A stretch of DNA of 62,922 nt, counting the filler, from Octopus bimaculoides (taxonomy: Eukaryota): the NCBI RefSeq assembly GCF_001194135.2. It is 5 parts of 5 records of this genome, joined end to end, with 100 filler letters (N's around TTAATTAATTAA, not from the genome) between each part and the next. Parts side by side here need not be neighbours in the genome. Positions count along the whole stretch, not along the records: positions 1 to 22,321 come from NC_068990.1; 4 more parts are not named here. One strand, given 5' to 3'. Shown here piece after piece: positions 1 to 12,172 of the stretch (position 1 is its first letter; the number at the start of each line of letters is the position of its first letter). The notes beneath the pieces were generated by a model. That model searched no databases and was not told where the DNA came from. It was given only the letters and a program-made list of their open reading frames with translations. Position numbers and translations under genes: made by a program.

Positions 1-44
<44 letters not shown>
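1..44. repeat. (AT)n microsatellite
   Basis: Perfect AT dinucleotide run. Confidence 0.95.
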
Positions 45-549
45 CAAGCATATAATCAATAGTCATGTATCATACTATTATATACCATTTACATACTTTC
101 ATAGTTTCCTTTACAGTCATTCATAAAATGTGTATATTATACATAAATGCAAATCTATGTATCAATCAATCAAACACTTACTCAGTCGGTCAATCAATCA
201 CTGTAACTATCTCACTATCCATATATTGTTCCTTCTCACCATCTAGTCGTCCTTGTAAATATTTACTTAGCAGTCTATGTCTATCTAGATATAGATAGAA
301 GCATATCTATCTATCTATCTATCTATATATCTTTATTTTTATACACACACAGACACATACATATATATGTGCGTTTGAACATGTCCTACTGTAAAAGGTA
401 CAAATTTTTTCCATTTCTCCGGAAAGAGCAGTAATCAGTTCAAAGCAACAGCAGGAGTCAGTTCCTCATATTTCTACTCAGTGAAATAGAACAAAAGACC
501 TTGTGGGCACAAGTAAACTTTGTGGCTCTTAGTACGCACACCTATGTCA

Positions 550-1197
550 ATATAAAATAAGTCTACCGGCAAAGTTTTGTAAATTATGCCAGAAAAAGAG
601 TAAAAGAAATCTCACTCTCTGTCTAAGAATGTGGATGAAAACTGAAGCACAAACATAAATATTGCTTTCGTAGCCACCCACAAATCTAGAAAGCACAAAA
701 TCTTGCATTCGGCGAATTGATAATTTCCAATTTTACACAGAATATCAACAGCCAAAAACAACCACCAAATCTTAAAGGACCCTTAACAAAGGCGACATTT
801 GCATGAGAAATTATACAGGCAAGAATCCGAGGAGGCTACCTCCCTGGGACGCATGAAACAACCGAATATGGAACATCCAAAAGGCTCAAGAATGTGAGGG
901 AACTAAAACTTAATGGAAACATGAATTACAAAACACAAAATCTCATTTACTGCATCACATCCCCACAAACACTGTGAATTATATTGCCCCCCGCCAAAAA
1001 AGGATCAAAATTGATATATTACTTGTGAGCACATAAACAACAAATTAAAAACACCTCTCGGAAATATTCCATGGAGTGAATAACAAGATGTTTGTGAAAA
1101 TGGAAACTTCAAAACATTTACTTTTTCCAAAAGTAAAGATCAACTGTGAAAGGCAAAAGAAAAATATTGTACAAGAAATCTAAACCCAAACTTAATC
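550..1197 (+). mobile_element. Degenerate Penelope-like retroelement, linker plus GIY-YIG endonuclease remnant
   Basis: Frameshifted translation gives IAFVATHKSRK, KQPPNLKGPLTKATF (759-), NYKTQNLIYCITSP (921-), NYI, IPWSE*QDVCENGNFKTF and terminal KSKPKLN (~1197). These match PLE GIY-YIG motifs (RQPPNLK.LL; C...N.IYCITC..C..YIG; KPKLN). Confidence 0.7.
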
Positions 1198-1470
1198 CGG
1201 AAATAGTCATCGTTGCCATTATGCTAAACTGCCATATATCCAAATTTGGCCAAATGCGTTTTTTTTTTTCAATATTTATTTTTCTTGCATTAGCCGGTTC
1301 TTTTGGTCAAGCTATGGTATCTTCAGCTGCTTCAGATCCAAAAGTATCAAAAATTGTCAAAGTACAGTGCAACAGTTTTGTTATGGAATGGTGCAACTAT
1401 TTTTTTCGTTTTCTGAAAAAGCAGCGTTTTGGACTCACGAGACTTTTGCATACTAGCAACATGTTTAATT
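1191..1470 (+). mobile_element. Unclassified interspersed repeat, homologous to 62440-62660 in opposite orientation
   Basis: CTTAAT...ATCGTTGC...CCAAATTTGGCCAAATGCGTTTT...TAGCCGGTTCTTTTGGT...AAATTGTCAAAGT aligns with the reverse complement of 62440-62660. Confidence 0.65.
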
Positions 1471-2004
1471 TGTTTCTTTGCTACTGATTAAAAAGTTTTA
1501 ACGTTTTCAAATTGTTAACAATCATGTATAGCACTATTTCCTTCTTTTAGAAATCGTCTGAGAGTTATTAAGGAAACATTATTTTACGAAGTGAGACATT
1601 TCATTAAAGATGAAATTCGTAGACTATTTATTTTTCGTTTCGTCATAGAACGTTAGTAGTTTGATAATTGAGAGAAAAGAGAACCTTCTCAGTGTTTACA
1701 TACAGAATAATAGCCATCTCCAGGGTAATTCTACTTTGTGAAAATGTCTCATAGTAACCAATAATTCCTTTTTCAGCAAAAGCTCTATAAGTCATTTTCC
1801 ATTATGGTCTTTCAGGCGTAGTCAGTCGTTTCAAACTCTTATTTTTTTTCTTATTAATTTGTAACATGTGTAGTGAAACGAGCATCTATTCATAAACACA
1901 TGTGCCTTACGCACCTATTGTTCTATATCAACAAATAATATGCTACTCGTTCTGGAATATTTATAGTTAAAATGTTACCATCGGTTTCTTGGAAGGAAAT
2001 ACAT

Positions 2005-2175
2005 TGTGGTATCTTTTTCTGGCTCTTCATATCCTGAGTTCAAATCCTGATGAGTTGAATTCTAACTTTCATCTTTTGAGGTCAATAAAATAAAGTACCA
2101 GTCAAGAAATGGAGTCTATGTAATTGACTAATTCAATTCCATCAAAACGCTAGCTTGTGCCAAGATTACGAATCA
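2005..2175 (+). mobile_element. tRNA-derived SINE family A, degenerate 3' part
   Basis: GAGTTCAAAT B-box, CTTTCATC..GAGGTCAATAAAATAAAGTACCAG core, ATC/ATT tail. Confidence 0.7.
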
Positions 2176-2213
2176 TCATCATCATTATTATTATAATCAT
2201 TATTGTTAAAAGT

Positions 2214-2430
2214 GGCGAGCTGGCAGAGTCGTTAGTATGCCGGGCAAAATGCTTACCAAACATTCCATCTGTCTTTACATTCTGAGTTCAAACTCTGCCA
2301 ATTTTGACTTTGCTTTTCTTTCTTAGAGGGCATTAAAATAAGTACCAGTTGTGTACTGGTGTCAGTGTAATCGACATACCTCCCTGCTGAAACTTCAGGC
2401 CTTGTGCCTTTAGTATTATTATTATTGTTT
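2214..2430 (+). mobile_element. tRNA-derived SINE family A (core resembles the MetaSINE domain)
   Basis: Head GGCGAGCTGGCAGAGTCGTTAG (A-box-like), GAGTTCAAAC B-box, GACTTTGCTTTTC core, (ATT)n tail; more than 10 copies in the window. The superfamily assignment is from memory and needs a Dfam check. Confidence 0.8.
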
Positions 2431-2725
2431 TACTTCTCAGAATGCTCAGTTTTGTTTGTTCTGGTAGATTCTGTAAGACTGAACAGCAGCCTGCTGTCCA
2501 AGGTCTCACAGTGTCTCTTTCCACACACTATAAGCTTTGATACTTGGTTGTTAATTATAGTGGGAGATATTCAACATCCAAGTACCAGTCTCAAAGTCCT
2601 AGCTGTCCCCAGCAGAGCAGTTTTTTGGACTTACTCTGCTCTCATGTCAATTCCAATTTCTCCGACATATTTCTTGAACTTGGTTGGTAGTGCACTGAAT
2701 TATCTTACGACTACTGGAATGACAT
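2431..2725 (-). mobile_element. 5'-truncated R4/Dong-clade non-LTR retrotransposon 3' end
   Basis: Minus strand encodes VIPVVV...KFKKYVGEIGIDMRAE*VQKTALLGTARTLRLVLGC*, then a 3' UTR and (AAT)n; (TAA)n-like tracts on both sides. Confidence 0.75.
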
Positions 2726-2869
2726 TATTATTATTATCATCATTGTATGCTATGCATATGTCCCTTCTTTTCCAGTGTATACCATGTATACTTTTTTTAT
2801 CATTTCATTATTGGTTGTTAGTGCTCCGAATACCCCTATAACTACTAGAAAGACATTATTTTTATTATT

Positions 2870-3335
2870 ATTGAGTAAGAGAGCAGTACATGTCATCAAA
2901 GTGACACTGGGGTAAAATATATGAAGCCCATTATATCCCTCATGACTACCCATCTGATAAGGGTACACCAGGCATGTGTACTACAACCATAGGTGAGTGA
3001 CATAGTGATCTCATATCAAGTTAAAGAGTGCATGACCTTGCAGGTGGGGCCCAGTTAGAATTTTCTTCAGGTCGAGTAGCCCATCCCACTCAAATGGTCC
3101 CTGAATAAGGGTTGTTTAAGGATGTTGAACAAAACACCCATGTTTCCAAAGATGAATTATCCAAACCTCAAAGAATTCCTCTCAACACATGGCTATGATG
3201 CTCCTCCACTACTTATGCTCCTGATCAGAGATGCACATATCATCAGCCACCAAGGGACATGCTCAACTGGTTAAGGTCAAACAACTGACAAGCAAATCTG
3301 TGGTATTGCACAGAATATCTGCTGTAAACCCCTAC
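2870..3335. mobile_element. Unclassified repeat-like block abutting a (TTA)n tract
   Basis: Block more GC-rich than its flanks, starting directly after TTATTATTATT; no second copy in the window and no coding homology recognised. Confidence 0.3.
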
Positions 3336-3447
3336 ACTTTATGTCTGTTACTCTATTATCCCTCTCATCCATCACCCTTGTGGCAAATAAATGAAATCTT
3401 CATTAGTACACTATTATTATCATTATCATCATCATCATAATAATTAA

Positions 3448-3630
3448 GGTGAGCTGGCAGAATCATTAGCATGCGAAGCAAAATACTTAGTGGCATTTCA
3501 TCCTGCTTAACATTCTTTGCCTGTCATCCTTTCAGAACCAAAAAAATAAATACCAGTTGAGTACTGGGGTCGATGTAAGTGACTTACCCCCTAAATTGCT
3601 GGTCGTGTGCCAAAATTTGAAACCATTTTT
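3448..3630 (+). mobile_element. SINE family A
   Basis: GGTGAGCTGGCAGAATCATTAGC head, CTTTCATC-like core, GTACTGGGGTCGATGTAA; runs into (TTA)n. Confidence 0.8.
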
Positions 3631-3632
3631 AT

Positions 3633-3708
3633 ATTATTGTTATTATTATTATTATTATTATTATTGTTATTATTATTATTATTGTTATTATTATTATTAT
3701 TATTATTA
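3633..3708. repeat. (TTA)n microsatellite
   Basis: About 25 triplets; source of the poly-L/Y/N ORFs. Confidence 0.95.
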
Positions 3709-4389
3709 TACTTTCTTGTACATGTCTTCCCTCCTCTCCTCCGTCTCATACCATTATTTTTCTTTTCACTTCCTATGATAACTTTATCACCAAACTTCGT
3801 TCCAATCTCCCAAATGATATTATCATACATGAAATAACAACAACAATAATAAAAGCAATAATAAAAATATCCAAACAGTAAAAAAAAAACAAAAAAAAAT
3901 CACATCCCCCCATAACCACCTTCAAACACCGACAACAACACCATCACCATACAGGGCTACAACAACAAGTAAAACGCCACTGATCATAACGGCAACAATA
4001 ACAACATCATCACTGAATGCAACTACAACAACTGAAACAACACATAAAGACCACAACCACCAATAACAATGTTAAATAAACAATAACAACAGCAACAATA
4101 TCAATAACAAAAACAACCGCAACAATAAAAGGCAATGAAATAATAGTGAAAGAGGTAGAGTGAGTGGTTTTATATGTGTGAGTGCGTGCGTTAGAGAGAG
4201 AGAAGAGGAAAGAGAGAGGGGAAAGGGAGGGGGAGAGAGAGAAGTGGAGAGAGAGAATGTGAAATAAAGATGTGATGATAAAAAGAAAAACAGGAAAGAA
4301 ATGTAAAATTATAAATGAAATGTTGAATAGAAAATTAATGGAAAGAAAAAGAAACCTTATATACATAAAAATGATCTATCTATATATCT

Positions 4390-5118
4390 ATCTACAAGCG
4401 CATGCATATATACATACCTATACACACTCATATGTACACACATATAGATATATACATATATGCATATATACATTACACACACATACACACACACACACAT
4501 ATACACATATATATATATATGCATATAAACATTGCACACACATACACACACATATATACATATATACATTGCACATACATACACACACACATATATATAT
4601 GCATATATACNNNNNNNNNNNNNNNNNNNNNNNNNNNNNNNNNNNNNNNNNNNNNNNNNNNNNNNNNNNNNNNNNNNNNNNNNNNNNNNNNNNNNNNNNN
4701 NNNNNNNNNNNNNNNNNNNNNNNNNNNNNNNNNNNNNNNNNNNNNNNNNNNNNNNNNNNNNNNNNNNNNNNNNNNNNNNNNNNNNNNNNNNNNNNNNNNN
4801 NNNNNNNNNNNNNNNNNNNNNNNNNNNNNNNNNNNNNNNNNNNNNNNNNNNNNATATACACACATATATATATATATACATTACACACATGCACACACAT
4901 GCATATATATACATATATGCACATATATGCATATATACATTACACACACACACATATATATACATGTATACATATATATATATGTAAAAATATGTATGCA
5001 TATATATGTATATGTAAATACATATACCCATACACATGCACATTTTCATATATGGCTATGTGTATGCCTGTGTGATGTGTGTGTGTGTGTGTATGTGTGT
5101 GTGTATGTGTGTGTGTGT

Positions 5119-5156
<38 letters not shown>

Positions 5157-5160
5157 ATAT
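4390..5160. repeat. Compound (CA)/(TA)/(TG) microsatellite with an N gap
   Basis: Low-complexity dinucleotide mosaic; N run at 4611-4853. Confidence 0.9.
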
Positions 5161-5811
5161 GTATTTATTCGGTATCTCTAAACTGATATCTTGACCAAAA
5201 GCCGTGTATTGAATGTTTGAATGTAATCCTTTAGAATGGAATTCATCGAACTAAAATAAACAGACCATTCTTCAATTCAATATCATCCAATATCTCAGAC
5301 AATCAAAGACTTCATCTTATTTCTTTTGACGATATTTTCAGGCGAGTCTTCCATTGATTCTTGGCTTGAACATCACAGGGAGAGCTAATTCTCCACCACC
5401 TCCACCACCAAGATCAGAACCAGCATCAACACCATAACCAACATCACTTCTGCAACTACTGCTAGTACTACTACTACTACTATTACTGCTACTATATCAA
5501 TAATACGTGTAACAAGAACAACATCCCCATTAATGTGATCATCATCATTCATATCATTATCATCACCATCATCATCGTCATCATCATCATTACTACAACA
5601 CAACCAAAAGGGAAGTATCTACATGGTCTTTTGGACTGCTAGAAATATCAGCCAAATTCCTCTGTCTGACAAAAGGATGCTTTAGATAATGCTGTCCTAG
5701 GTAATCTGTTTGGAAGAGACAGGATGGTCATGTGTAATATGCATTTTAGCATAGTTCTGACTGGGCAGGCTCTACCTGAGTGTTACCTCCGCCATTATCA
5801 CTACTAAACTC

Positions 5812-6077
5812 GACTCTGTCGGTCATGAATGACCATGGGTACACCTAAGAGGTTCTCCTCTGGGATACAAGTCGAGGCGGAAAGTCACATCACTGGCGAA
5901 CGCACAACCTAGGGTTGTTTTTATGGAAGTCCAGCAGTCGCCCATGCATACCAGTCTCCCCTCTCCATGCCACCAGTGTTATCCAAGGGAAAGGCAAAGG
6001 GGCCGATACAGCTTGGCACCTGTGACGTCGCAACTCATTTCTACAGCTGAGTGAACTGGAGCAACGTGAAATAAAGT
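5812..6077 (-). mobile_element. CORE-SINE (octopus OR-like), 3' half
   Basis: Reverse complement of ACTTTATTTCACGTTGCTCCAGTTCACTCAGCTGTAGAAATGAGTTGCGACGTCAC; matches the copies at 22562 and 22784. Confidence 0.8.
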
Positions 6078-6198
6078 AGTAACAGAAAGTTTTGAATATA
6101 AGAAATAGCAACAGAAATATCTAGAGTATAATATAAGAAAAAAAACATGAATATTTAAAATAAAGAAATAGTTAAAAAATATCTAGAATATATACATA

Positions 6199-6572
6199 GG
6201 TGCAGGCATGGCTGTGTGGTAAGTAGCTTGCTTACTGACCACATGGTTCTGAGTTCAATCACACTGTGTGGCACTTTGGGCAAGTGTCTTCTACTATAGC
6301 CTCGGGCCGACCAAAGCCTTGTGAGTGGATTTGGTAGATGGAAACTGAAAGAAGCCCATCGTATATGTATATGTTTGTGTGTCTGTGTTTGTCCCTCCAC
6401 CATTGCTTGACAACCAATGTTGGTGTAACTTAGTGTTTCAGCAAAAGAGACTGATAGAATAAGTACTAGGCTTACAAAGAATAAGTCCTTGGGGTCAATT
6501 TGTTCGACTAAAAGGCGATGCTCCATCATGGCCGCAGGCAAATGACTGAAAGAAATAAAAGAATAAAAAAAG
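6199..6572 (+). mobile_element. tRNA-derived SINE family C, near full length
   Basis: GGCTGTGTGGTAAG A-box, GAGTTCAATC B-box, TTGGGCAAGTGTCTTCTACTATAGCC core, internal TA/TG tract, 3' GAATAAAAG tail; homologous to 9846-10225. Confidence 0.85.
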
Positions 6573-6664
6573 ATAGCAAAAGAAATCTCTTTAATATAAG
6601 AAATAATGACAGAAGTATCAAGAATGCAATATTAAAACAACTTGTATAGAATATAAAACAAAAA

Positions 6665-6890
6665 AATTATTATTTCTACTAAAGACACAAGGCCTTGAAA
6701 ATTTTTTGTGTGTAAGGGGGTTAGTCGATTACATCGACCCCAGTGCACAACTGGTACTTATTTAATCGACCCCGAAAGGATGAAACGCAAAGTCGACCAC
6801 AGCGGAATTTGAACTCAGAACGTAAAGAGAGACGAAGTTCTGCTAAACATTTCGTCCAGCATGCTAACGTTTCTGCCAGCTCGCCACCTT
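6665..6890 (-). mobile_element. SINE family A
   Basis: TTAATCGACCCCGAAAGGATGAAA...GGAATTTGAACTC...TTCTGCCAGCTCGCC is the reverse complement of family A. Confidence 0.85.
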
Positions 6891-7336
6891 ATAAAATGAA
6901 AAATGATAACAGAGCTATGGTGTAATAGTCATTGCAAAATCTAAAATACTGAAAATGGCAACATAAATATTTAAAATGAAGAGATAATACAAGTAAATAA
7001 TTAAGAGTATTATGACCATATAATTGATTGATCTGTTAGTATATTTTCTAATCACATTTTACATGATTAAGACAAAAGTTAGCATCGTATACACCAGTTA
7101 AAAAAAGACAATCAACCTGCTTCTTTATGGTCTTAGGACATGGTAGATATAGGAACCATATCTCTTTCAGATCACGTCCTTCTCTCGTAAAAAAACAGGA
7201 AGCATGTCTGTCCAGTATAATGTAGCCCGAGATGCATTATAACTTACATAAGATAAGATGGTCATCGATTAAGTTATTTTGAATATAGGTCTGCTTATAC
7301 AAAAGTGGCCTGGGGTTAAAACGACAGACAAACGTG

Positions 7337-7410
7337 AGAAGAAGAAGAAGAAGAAGAAGAAGAAGAAGAAGAAGAAGAAAGAGAAGAAGAAGAAGAAGAG
7401 GAGGAGGAGA
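7337..7410. repeat. (AAG)n/(AGG)n microsatellite
   Basis: Perfect AAG run; source of the poly-K ORF. Confidence 0.95.
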
Positions 7411-7681
7411 ACGCAACTGCATTTATCAACCTGGAAGGTGGAAGCATGTACAACAAAGCTGACCTTGGCATTATATGAGCTCAAAGTACAAGGAGCTGGA
7501 ACAACTAATAACTACCAATTTTCTATCTTCCAAAAACAAGAGAAAAAAAATCAAGAAGATTCCTTAATCCTAGAAACCCATAAATACTTTCTAGTGAGCA
7601 TGGTTTTATCTGATTATATCCCTAGCAAATGCAAAAGTGTGGGACCACATGGTTTTGTCGTTATGGCTTGCTCAGCAGTAA

Positions 7682-8130
7682 ATCATCATCATCATCATTT
7701 AACGTCCGTTGTCCATGCTGGCATGGGTTGGATGGTTTGACTGGACTGGCATGCTGGAAGGCTGTGCCAGGATCCAGTCTGATATGGCTTGGTTTCCTCT
7801 GGCTGGATGCCCTTCCTAATACCAATCACTCTGAGAGTATAATGGATGCTTTTACATGCTACCTACACATGTGCTATTTGTGTGACACTGGTATCTGCCA
7901 CAATTGTGATTTTGCTTGGCTTGGTGGGTCTTCTTCACAAGCACAACATAATACCAAAGGTCTTGGCCATTGCCTCTGTAAGACTCAACACTCGAAAGGA
8001 ACTCAGCAACTTTGCCCCCATGGGGCTCAATGCTTGAAAGGAACTCAGCCACTTGCCTCCATGAGGCCCAATGCTCAAAGGAACTCAGCCACCTTGCCTC
8101 CATGGGGCCCAATGCTCGAAAAGAAGTTTT
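7682..8130 (-). mobile_element. Non-autonomous retroposon family D with RTE-type tail and (GAT)n end
   Basis: CATCATCATTTAACGTCCG..CCATGCTGGCATGGGTTGGA matches 15196 and the reverse complement of 20525-20689; three 41-42 bp internal tandem units at 7992-8123. Confidence 0.75.
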
Positions 8131-8559
8131 AAGCCCAGAATCTAATGGCTCCTTGCTTTTGCACCATCCAGGTGTTTGGTCAAATGAATTCTCATCTGCT
8201 AAAGCTAGCTCACAGGTTTAAAAGAATTAATGATCCTTCAACATTCAAGAATCACCTCCCATTAAACCTTCATAAATATAAACAATGATTTGTCAACTAT
8301 TATTTCTTTCTTCGTATGGTAACATAATATTTTTGACATGTGTGATTAAGGTCCCTATGGTTAGTTTTGTGATGAAATAGTTGCTTAATGCCAGAGTGCA
8401 TGAAGGATGAGGTACAGTTGAGATGAGAAATAAGGTATAATACACTTTCAAGTCATCTGTGTTGGTATGAATTTGTAGTATATGTTAACAATAAATGATA
8501 GGTAAAGAAATGCCAGAAGATACAGGGAAAATGAACTAGTAGAAGTAGAAGACTAAAAG

Positions 8560-8700
8560 AGGCATGCAGAACTGATGAAAGCAGTTCTCAAGAGGCTCAG
8601 CCTCACAAAGACGATAACAAAAGAATAGAACATTGTGGAAAGCTGAGTTGAAGAGGACTTGTCCAACTCAAGTAAGCATTGAAAATGAATAGAAAATGAT
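8560..8700 (+). mobile_element. Old RTE LINE 3' end
   Basis: ELMKAVLKRLSLTKTITKE resembles RTE C-terminal W.EVVK.DL..L.LTE.MTKD; tail CCAACTCAAGTAAGCATTGAAAA resembles the family D/RTE tail. Confidence 0.45.
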
Positions 8701-8820
8701 TAAGTGTGTGTGCTCATGTGTGTGTGTGTGCGTGAGAGGGAGAAAGTGAGCGTGAGTGTGTGTGTGTATGTGAGTGTGTTTGCATTCATATAAAAGAATA
8801 AGATATGTATATCTTTATGC

Positions 8821-8860
<40 letters not shown>

Positions 8861-9731
8861 TTAAACAAATATAAAATAACACATTAAAATAAAGGGTGAA
8901 GAAATTTGAATTCCTGACTGAAATCAATCTTAAAAGTGCACAGGAACTTACCTTTTATATTCAAATAATTGATACAGAAAGTCTAGAGTGTCACTGAAAT
9001 TGTCAAATTTAGACAATGAAGAAAGCAAACAACAAATTAATTATTCAAGGGACATGAAAAATGAAAACCAATAAATGACAAGATTGAAATAACTGTAAAA
9101 GAAGTTAGAATACACCTTATAACACATCATTATCCACAAAATTCATCACACTTAAAGCAAATACTCACAAATACACACAAACATATAAGCACGAAAAATA
9201 CATATACATTAACACATACACATACATACACTCAATAGCTACCATGTCACCAAATCACAATATAATGTTCTACATTAAGCCACAGTTCTATTCATTTATA
9301 ACTACTCACTTAAGGTGTATAAAAGATATACATGAGATATTTATCATCGGTGTCTTTCACAGAGTTAACCCACTTACTTACTGTTCCACAATATATCTCT
9401 GAAGATGGTCAAAGGTGTGATCGGCAATTTCTTCTTCATACTTAAAATGACAGTTAGACAATTCTTTTTCTTCCACATATGTGCTGCTGGGGTACATGAC
9501 CAGCACAACATTAAAATAAATAATTGATTTAAGATGAGGTTTCCATCTACTTCATCCACCCACAAGGCTATAGCTGCCTTAAGGTTATAAAAAAAACACT
9601 GCCCAAGTTGGCATAGTGTGGGACTGAACCTATATGATTAGGAAGTGTGCTTTTTAACAAAAGAACATGCCCATACTTATCTATGTCTATGTTTGTGCAT
9701 ATATTGATGCAAGCATACTTGTGAGTGAGTC

Positions 9732-9831
<100 letters not shown>

Positions 9832-9845
9832 TATATATATATTGT

Positions 9846-10225
9846 GTAGGAGTGGCAGTGTGGTAAGTAGCTTGCTTACAAACCACATAGTTCTGGGTTC
9901 AGTCCCACTGCGTGGCACCTTGGGCAATTGTCTTCTACTATAGTCTTGAGCCGACCAAAGCCTTGTGAGTGGATTTGGTAGATGGAAACTGAAAGAAGAC
10001 CGTCGTATATATGTATATATATATATGTATGTGTGTGTCCTCCTCAACATCACTTGACAACCAATACTGGTGTGTTTACATCCCCGTAACATAGCAGTTC
10101 AGTAAAAGGGACCCATAGAATAAGTACTAGGCTTACACAGAATTAGTCCAGGGGTCTATTTGCTCGACTAAAGGTGGTGCTCCAGCATGGCCACGGTCAA
10201 ATGACTGAAACTAGTAAAAAAAGTA
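9846..10225 (+). mobile_element. SINE family C
   Basis: Colinear with 6199-6572 from head to tail. Confidence 0.85.
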
Positions 10226-10234
10226 AAGAGAATG

Positions 10235-10291
<57 letters not shown>

Positions 10292-11281
10292 NNNNNNNNN
10301 NNNNNNNNNNNNNNNNNNNNNNNNNNNNNNNNNNNNNNNNNNNNNNNNNNNNNNNNNNNNNNNNNNNNNNNNNNNNNNNNNNNNNNNNNNNNNNNNNNNN
10401 NNNNNNNNNNNNNNNNNNNNNNNNNNNNNNNNNNNNNNNNNNNNNNNNNNNNNNNNNNNNNNNNNNNNNNNNNNNNNNNNNNNNNNNNNNNNNNNNNNNN
10501 NNNNNNNNNNNNNNNNNNNNNNNNNNNNNNNNNNNNNNNNNNNNNNNNNNNNNNNNNNNNNNNNNNNNNNNNNNNNNNNNNNNNNNNNNNNNNNNNNNNN
10601 NNNNNNNNNNNNNNNNNNNNNNNNNNNNNNNNNNNNNNNNNNNNNNNNNNNNNNNNNNNNNNNNNNNNNNNNNNNNNNNNNNNNNNNNNNNNNNNNNNNN
10701 NNNNNNNNNNNNNNNNNNNNNNNNNNNNNNNNNNNNNNNNNNNNNNNNNNNNNNNNNNNNNNNNNNNNNNNNNNNNNNNNNNNNNNNNNNNNNNNNNNNN
10801 NNNNNNNNNNNNNNNNNNNNNNNNNNNNNNNNNNNNNNNNNNNNNNNNNNNNNNNNNNNNNNNNNNNNNNNNNNNNNNNNNNNNNNNNNNNNNNNNNNNN
10901 NNNNNNNNNNNNNNNNNNNNNNNNNNNNNNNNNNNNNNNNNNNNNNNNNNNNNNNNNNNNNNNNNNNNNNNNNNNNNNNNNNNNNNNNNNNNNNNNNNNN
11001 NNNNNNNNNNNNNNNNNNNNNNNNNNNNNNNNNNNNNNNNNNNNNNNNNNNNNNNNNNNNNNNNNNNNNNNNNNNNNNNNNNNNNNNNNNNNNNNNNNNN
11101 NNNNNNNNNNNNNNNNNNNNNNNNNNNNNNNNNNNNNNNNNNNNNNNNNNNNNNNNNNNNNNNNNNNNNNNNNNNNNNNNNNNNNNNNNNNNNNNNNNNN
11201 NNNNNNNNNNNNNNNNNNNNNNNNNNNNNNNNNNNNNNNNNNNNNNNNNNNNNNNNNNNNNNNNNNNNNNNNNNNNNNNNN

Positions 11282-11437
11282 GGTTACATCGACTCCAGTG
11301 CGTAACTGGTACTTATTTAATCGACCCCGAAAGGATGAAAGGCTAAGTCAACCTCGGCGGAATTTGAACTCAGAACGTAGCGGCAGACGAAATAGCGCTA
11401 AGCATTTCGCCCGGCGTGCTAACATTTCTGCCAGCTC
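11282..11437 (-). mobile_element. SINE family A
   Basis: ATCGACCCCGAAAGGATGAAAGGC...AATTTGAACTCAG...TTCTGCCAGCTC. Confidence 0.85.
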
Positions 11438-12172
11438 ACAGCCAAGCTTGCACCTGTATATATATATGTATACATGAATGTATGTGTGTATGTATGTTTA
11501 TACGTATATAAGTATTTACCTTTCTATTTATCTGTATGCGTGTGTGTGTGTGTGTGCGCAGCAACATCCTCATTAGCCATGTTCTGTACTGGCATGGGCT
11601 GAATGGTGTTACAAGGCCCCGTGTATCTGAAAACTACACCATGCTCCAGTATCAGCTTTGGCATTGTTTTTACAATTGTATGCTGTTCCTAACATCAACA
11701 ACCTTACAGCATGTACAAAGTGCTTTTTCATGGTGTCACCACTAGTGAGGTCACTGTTGCTGCCTGCCAGCTTCCAACGAATTAAGATTACAGAAGAGAC
11801 AAAGGTAACTCTATGTTATGAGATGAAAGTATAAAGTGACAGGGAAGAGTCTAATGCAGAACATGCTCCTTGATGTAGGAGAGCTACACAGCTCGTCTTA
11901 TGATATGAAAGAGGGTCGAAGTGATCTGGGGAAAACTGTAAAGAGATAAAAATAACTGTGATGAAGTGTCAGGGTAGATCTTCATTATATGAGGTAAGTA
12001 GAAGTCAGTGAAGACAATAGAACAGAAAATACAACCACAATGATGAAGTCACTCATGATTAAAGTAGTCTGTAGGAGGATCTAAAAGAAGTGATTCTTCT
12101 GTCAGGTCTAACTATGGGATACATGCAGAGATAGATATTGCTCCTGAGTTGCATTTATATAGGTATATTACA

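Noticed and set aside
1146-1487. 113-aa ORF with a hydrophobic stretch
   Set aside because: It is a chimera of the PLE C-terminus and a dispersed repeat.
4272-5181. Long ORFs rich in H/T/Y/I/C/V (also 10174-11477, 16053-17132, 18477-19171, 30056-30747, 47826-48315, 53313-54350)
   Set aside because: They are translations of dinucleotide microsatellites and N gaps.
7279-7740. 153-aa ORF with poly-Lys
   Set aside because: It spans an (AAG)n tract and SINE remnants.
7992-8123. CRISPR-like direct repeats (also 32651-32730, 45934-45998)
   Set aside because: Units are contiguous with no unique spacers, there are no cas genes, and the context is eukaryotic.
9399-9430. CTGAAGA-T-GGTCA...TGATC hammerhead-like hairpin
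   Set aside because: GAAA is absent (GGCA) and no stem I or III is found; at best a dead relic.
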